Below are positions 34,946-38,527 of a stretch of DNA of 38,527 nucleotides, piece after piece. A program made the translations under genes and the position numbers. The stretch lies in the NCBI GenBank assembly GCA_032718475.1, contig JAUCBJ010006160.1, forward strand, positions 1 to 38,527. Reading direction: 5' to 3'. The notes beneath the pieces were generated by a model. That model did not search any database, was not told where the DNA came from, and saw only the letters and a list, made by a program, of their open reading frames with translations. Each line of letters starts with the position of its first letter. The stretch's first letter is position 1. Source of the stretch: Nemertoderma westbladi. Lineage: Eukaryota > Animalia > Xenacoelomorpha.

Positions 34946-36038
34946 AGACTATGCCTCACTGAGGCATAGACTATGACTCACTGAGGCACTGAGGCATAGA
35001 CTATGCCTCACTGAGGCATTGAGGCATAGACTATGCCTCACTGAGGCATAGACTATGACTCACTGAGGCATAGACTATGCCTCACTGAGGCATAGACTAT
35101 GCCTCACTGAGGCATAGACTATGCCTCACTGAGGCATAGACTGTGACTCACTGAGGCACTGAGGCATAGACTATGCCTCACTGAGGCATTGAGGCATAGA
35201 CTATGCCTCACTGAGGCATAGACTATGCCTCACTGAGGCATAGACTATGACTCACTGAGGCATAGACTATGCCTCACTGAGGCACTGAGGCATAGACTAT
35301 GCCTCACTGAGGCACTGAGGCATAGACTATGCCTCACTGAGGCACTGAGGCATAGACTATGCCTCACTGAGGCACTGAGGCATAGACTATGCCTCACTGA
35401 GGCATAGACTATGACTCACTGAGGCACTGAGGCATAGACTATGCCTCACTGAGGCATAGACTATGACTCACTGAGGCATAGACTATGCCTCACTGAGGCA
35501 TTGAGGCATAGACTATGCCTCACTGAGGCATAGACTATGCCTCATGCCTGAGGCATAGACTATGCTCACTGAGGCACTGAGGCATAGACTATGACTCACT
35601 GAGGCATTGAGGCATAGACTATGCCTCACTGTGGCATTGAGGCATAGACTATGACTCACTGAGGCATTGAGGCATAGACTATGCCTCACTGTGGCATTGA
35701 GGCATAGACTATGCCTCACTGAGGCATTGAGGCATAGACTATGCCTCACTGAGGCATAGACTATGCCTCACTGAGGCATAGACTATGCCTCACTGAGGCA
35801 CTGAGGCATAGACTATGCCTCACTGAGGCATAGACTATGACTCACTGAGGCACTGAGGTATAGACTATGCCTCACTGAGGCATAGACTATGCCTCACTGA
35901 GGCATAGACTATATGACTCACTGAGGCATAGACTATGCCTCGCTGAGGCATTGAGGCATAGACTATGCCTCACTGAGGCATAGACTATGACTCACTGAGG
36001 CGTAGACTATGCCTCACTGAGGCATAGACTATGCCTCA
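34946..36038. repeat. Palindromic 22-bp satellite (TGAGGCATAG-A-CTATGCCTCA-C) with 30-bp variants
   Basis: Tandem units. The 30-bp variants carry an extra TGAGGCA(C/T). Confidence 0.97.
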
Positions 36039-36094
36039 CCATGGATGGGCTTTACCACTGTACTCGCATCTGCTGTCTCATTGGCTGCTCGATG

Positions 36095-36330
36095 CCTCAG
36101 ATTAAGGGTCTAAGGCCTTCAAGCTGATCATTTGCTTAGTTTTCTAATTAGAAGGTCGTGAGTTCGAACCCTAGAAGGGCATTATTCTTTTTCCTAGCTC
36201 TTGGCTGACTCTAGTGTACACTAGCTTTGACTCTCCCAGCTATAGTGATAGTATGCAACCTTGGGAGTTAATGTGCGGTCTTATGAGTAAAGGCCAAGAG
36301 ATTAGACTTCAGGTTGCCTCCATTGATTCA
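36095..36330 (+). other. Pol III-type (tRNA/SINE-like) element with a B box and a long downstream hairpin
   Basis: GGTCGTGAGTTCGAACCC (B box about 36161-36170), then CTCTTGGC...GCCAAGAG enclosing TTGACTCTCCCA...TGGGAGTTAA. The A box is poorly defined. Confidence 0.5.
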
Positions 36331-36486
36331 CTCTTCTTAACTTTATAAAATAACTCAACCCGTATTTAAAGTTTTAAAAATTATGACTTAGTCGACTAAT
36401 TTTCCAAGGTATATTATAAAAACATATAATTTTCTTGAATAAATAGGCCAAATAGTAATAAATAACATGGGGGGTAAATACATTTA

Positions 36487-36589
36487 TAATACTAATATAA
36501 TTATTATGGATAAATAGTCCTAATACTAATATAATTGTTATGGATAAATAGTCCTAATACTAATATAATTGTTTTGGATAAATAGCCCT
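36487..36589. repeat. Three 34-bp AT-rich tandem repeats directly downstream of the orphan ORF stop
   Basis: TAATACTAATATAATT(A/G)TT(A/T)TGGATAAATAG(T/C)CC at 36487, 36521 and 36555. Confidence 0.9.
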
Positions 36590-36597
36590 ATTTACTA

Positions 36598-37494
36598 TTA
36601 TGAAAGGAACTCAAACAAACAAATGTCAATAGCGTCGTCCTGCGCGGGCATATACTGAACGAGAGTTTTTTTTATCATAGGTCTTCGAAAATTAGTAAAA
36701 GCTGGTTGATTTACTTTACTTTCATCTTCCTCATTACCCAACTGTTTCTTAATTTTATTCAATTGTTCATTAATTTTCAGTAATTTACTTTTATTTCCCA
36801 GAACCTGTCTTAATATCTCTTCTCTATTTTCCTCATTTTCTTCCATTTGTTTAATAAATTTCCGCATTTGATTTTTGTTTCCTAATATTTGTCTCAATAT
36901 CTCTTCTTTATTTTCATCATTCTCTTCTAAATGTTTAATAAATTTCTGTAATTTAATTTTACTTCCTAGAACTTGGGTCAATGTCGCCTCTTTATTTTCT
37001 TCATTTTCCTTCAAATGTTTAATAATTTTCCGCAATTGATTCTTATTTCCAAGTAATTGCCTCTTTATTTCCTCATTATCATCATTTTCATCCTCTTCTC
37101 CACTTTCCTGATCTTCACTTTCTTCACCCTCTTTCTGACCTTCACTTTCTTCATCCTCTTCCCCGCCTTCACTTTCTTCATCCTCTTCCTGTTCTTCACT
37201 TTCTTCATCCTCTTCCTGTTCTTCACTTTCTTCATTCTCTTCCTGACCTTCGCTATCTTCACCCTCTTCTTGACCTTCACTTTCTTCATCCTCTTCCTGA
37301 TCTTCCTGATCTTCACTTTCTTCGTTCTCAACTTCACTCTCTTCAACTTCATCCTGACCCTCACTATTTTCATTCTCCATCTCATCATCCTCTTCTTCTC
37401 CATCTTTCTCACTCAAATTTTCCTCATTTTCTAGGGGTAACTGTTTTTGTATCCTTTTCAAAATATTCATAACTTTATGAAATTTACTTTCCAT
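36598..37494 (-). CDS. Hypothetical 298-aa protein with an acidic 10-aa repeat tract and four 28-aa helical repeats
   Basis: Uninterrupted ORF in very AT-rich DNA, with the frame open up to 37593. It has EEDEESEEQE repeats, EEILRQxLGNKxxLxKxIKxxEENxENK repeats and a non-repetitive C-terminus. Confidence 0.6.
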   Translation of the reverse strand: MESKFHKVMNILKRIQKQLPLENEENLSEKDGEEEDDEMENENSEGQDEVEESEVENEESEDQEDQEEDEESEGQEEGEDSEGQEENEESEEQEEDEESEEQEEDEESEGGEEDEESEGQKEGEESEDQESGEEDENDDNEEIKRQLLGNKNQLRKIIKHLKENEENKEATLTQVLGSKIKLQKFIKHLEENDENKEEILRQILGNKNQMRKFIKQMEENEENREEILRQVLGNKSKLLKINEQLNKIKKQLGNEEDESKVNQPAFTNFRRPMIKKTLVQYMPAQDDAIDICLFEFLS

Positions 37495-37606
37495 TGTCTG
37501 TTTTATATTTAATATATCACGCTCATCTCTCTTTTTCTTTTCATCTTCACTAAAAATATCTTCGGATTTTTTAAATTTTTTTGGTAATGGAGTTCATTAT
37601 GGAGAG

Positions 37607-38160
37607 TATGCCTCAATGGAGGCATTGAGGCATAGACTATGCCTCACTGAGGCATAGACTATGCCTCACTGAGGCACTGAGGCATAGACTATGCCTCACT
37701 GAGGCATAGACTATGACTCACTGAGGCACTGAGGCATAGACTATGCCTCACTGAGGCATAGACTATGACTCACTGAGGCACTGAGGCATAGACTATGCCT
37801 CACTGAGGCATAGACTATGCCTCACTGAGGCATAGTCTATGCCTCAGTGAGTCATATAGTCTATGCCTCAGTGAGGCATAGTCTATGCCTCACTGAGGCA
37901 TAGACTATGCCTCACTGAGGCACTGAGGCATAGACTATGCCTCACTGAGGCATAGACTATGACTCACTGAGGCACTGAGGCATAGACTATGCCTCACTGA
38001 GGCATAGACTATGCCTCACTGAGGCATAGACTATATGACTCACTGAGGCATAGACTATGCCTCGCTGAGGCATTGAGGCATAGACTATGCCTCACTGAGG
38101 CATAGACTATGACTCACTGAGGCGTAGACTATGCCTCACTGAGGCATAGACTATGCCTCA
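37607..38160. repeat. Second array of the palindromic 22-bp satellite
   Basis: Same unit as 34946-36038, with an internal inverted tract at about 37836-37882. Confidence 0.97.
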
Positions 38161-38527
38161 CCATGGATGGGCTTTACCACTGTACTCGCATCTGCTGTCT
38201 CATTGGCTGCTCGATGCCTCAGATTAAGGGTCTAAGGCCTTCAAGCTGATCATTTGCTTAGTTTTCTAATTAGAAGGTCGTGAGTTCGAACCCTAGAAGG
38301 GCATTATTATTTTTCCTAGCTCTTGGCTGACTCTAGTGTACACTAGCTTTGACTCTCCCAGCTATAGTGATAGTATGCAACCTTGGGAGTTAATGTGCGG
38401 TCTTATGAGTAAAGGCCAAGAGATTAGACTTCAGGTTGCCTCCATTGATTCACTCTTCTTAACTTTATAAAATAACTCAACCCGTATTTAAAGTTTTAAA
38501 AATTATGACTTAGTCGACTAATTTTCC
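37891..38527 (+). repeat. Direct duplicate of 35769-36405 (offset 2122 bp), running off the window end
   Basis: The satellite variant pattern and the unique flank CCATGGATGGGC...ATTTTCC are the same, apart from about two substitutions seen by eye. Confidence 0.95.

Noticed and set aside
37057-37434. Phe/Leu-rich plus-strand ORF and Lys/Arg-rich alternative-frame ORF
   Set aside because: These are shadow frames of the 30-bp acidic repeat in ORF 36598-37494.
34946-38160. CRISPR-like palindromic repeats and ORF 35513-35749
   Set aside because: The units are head-to-tail without spacers, and the ORF is a translation of the satellite.

Overview
This is repeat-rich eukaryotic DNA, most likely from an invertebrate animal; the species cannot be determined from the sequence. 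It holds one clear host gene, a two-exon phospholipase C-gamma (21016-22314 + 23820-26183, about 1220 aa). The enzyme keeps its catalytic motifs, but it has no SH3 domain, carries a 7-aa repeat insert in its C-terminal SH2 and has a single intron. The rest is mostly mobile or repetitive DNA: three decayed BEL/Pao LTR-retrotransposon pieces, CRE and RTE non-LTR fragments, tRNA-derived SINEs, several MITEs with readable TIRs/TSDs (TA, 8-bp and 9-bp types), a 4.7-kb 41-bp satellite and a nested foldback element. At the right end is a 2122-bp direct duplication containing a self-complementary 22-bp satellite, a Pol III-type structured element and, between the copies, an intact acidic/helical-repeat orphan ORF. 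The most interesting items are the remodelled PLC-gamma and this 2.1-kb unit. All calls come from reading the sequence by eye; no searches were run.
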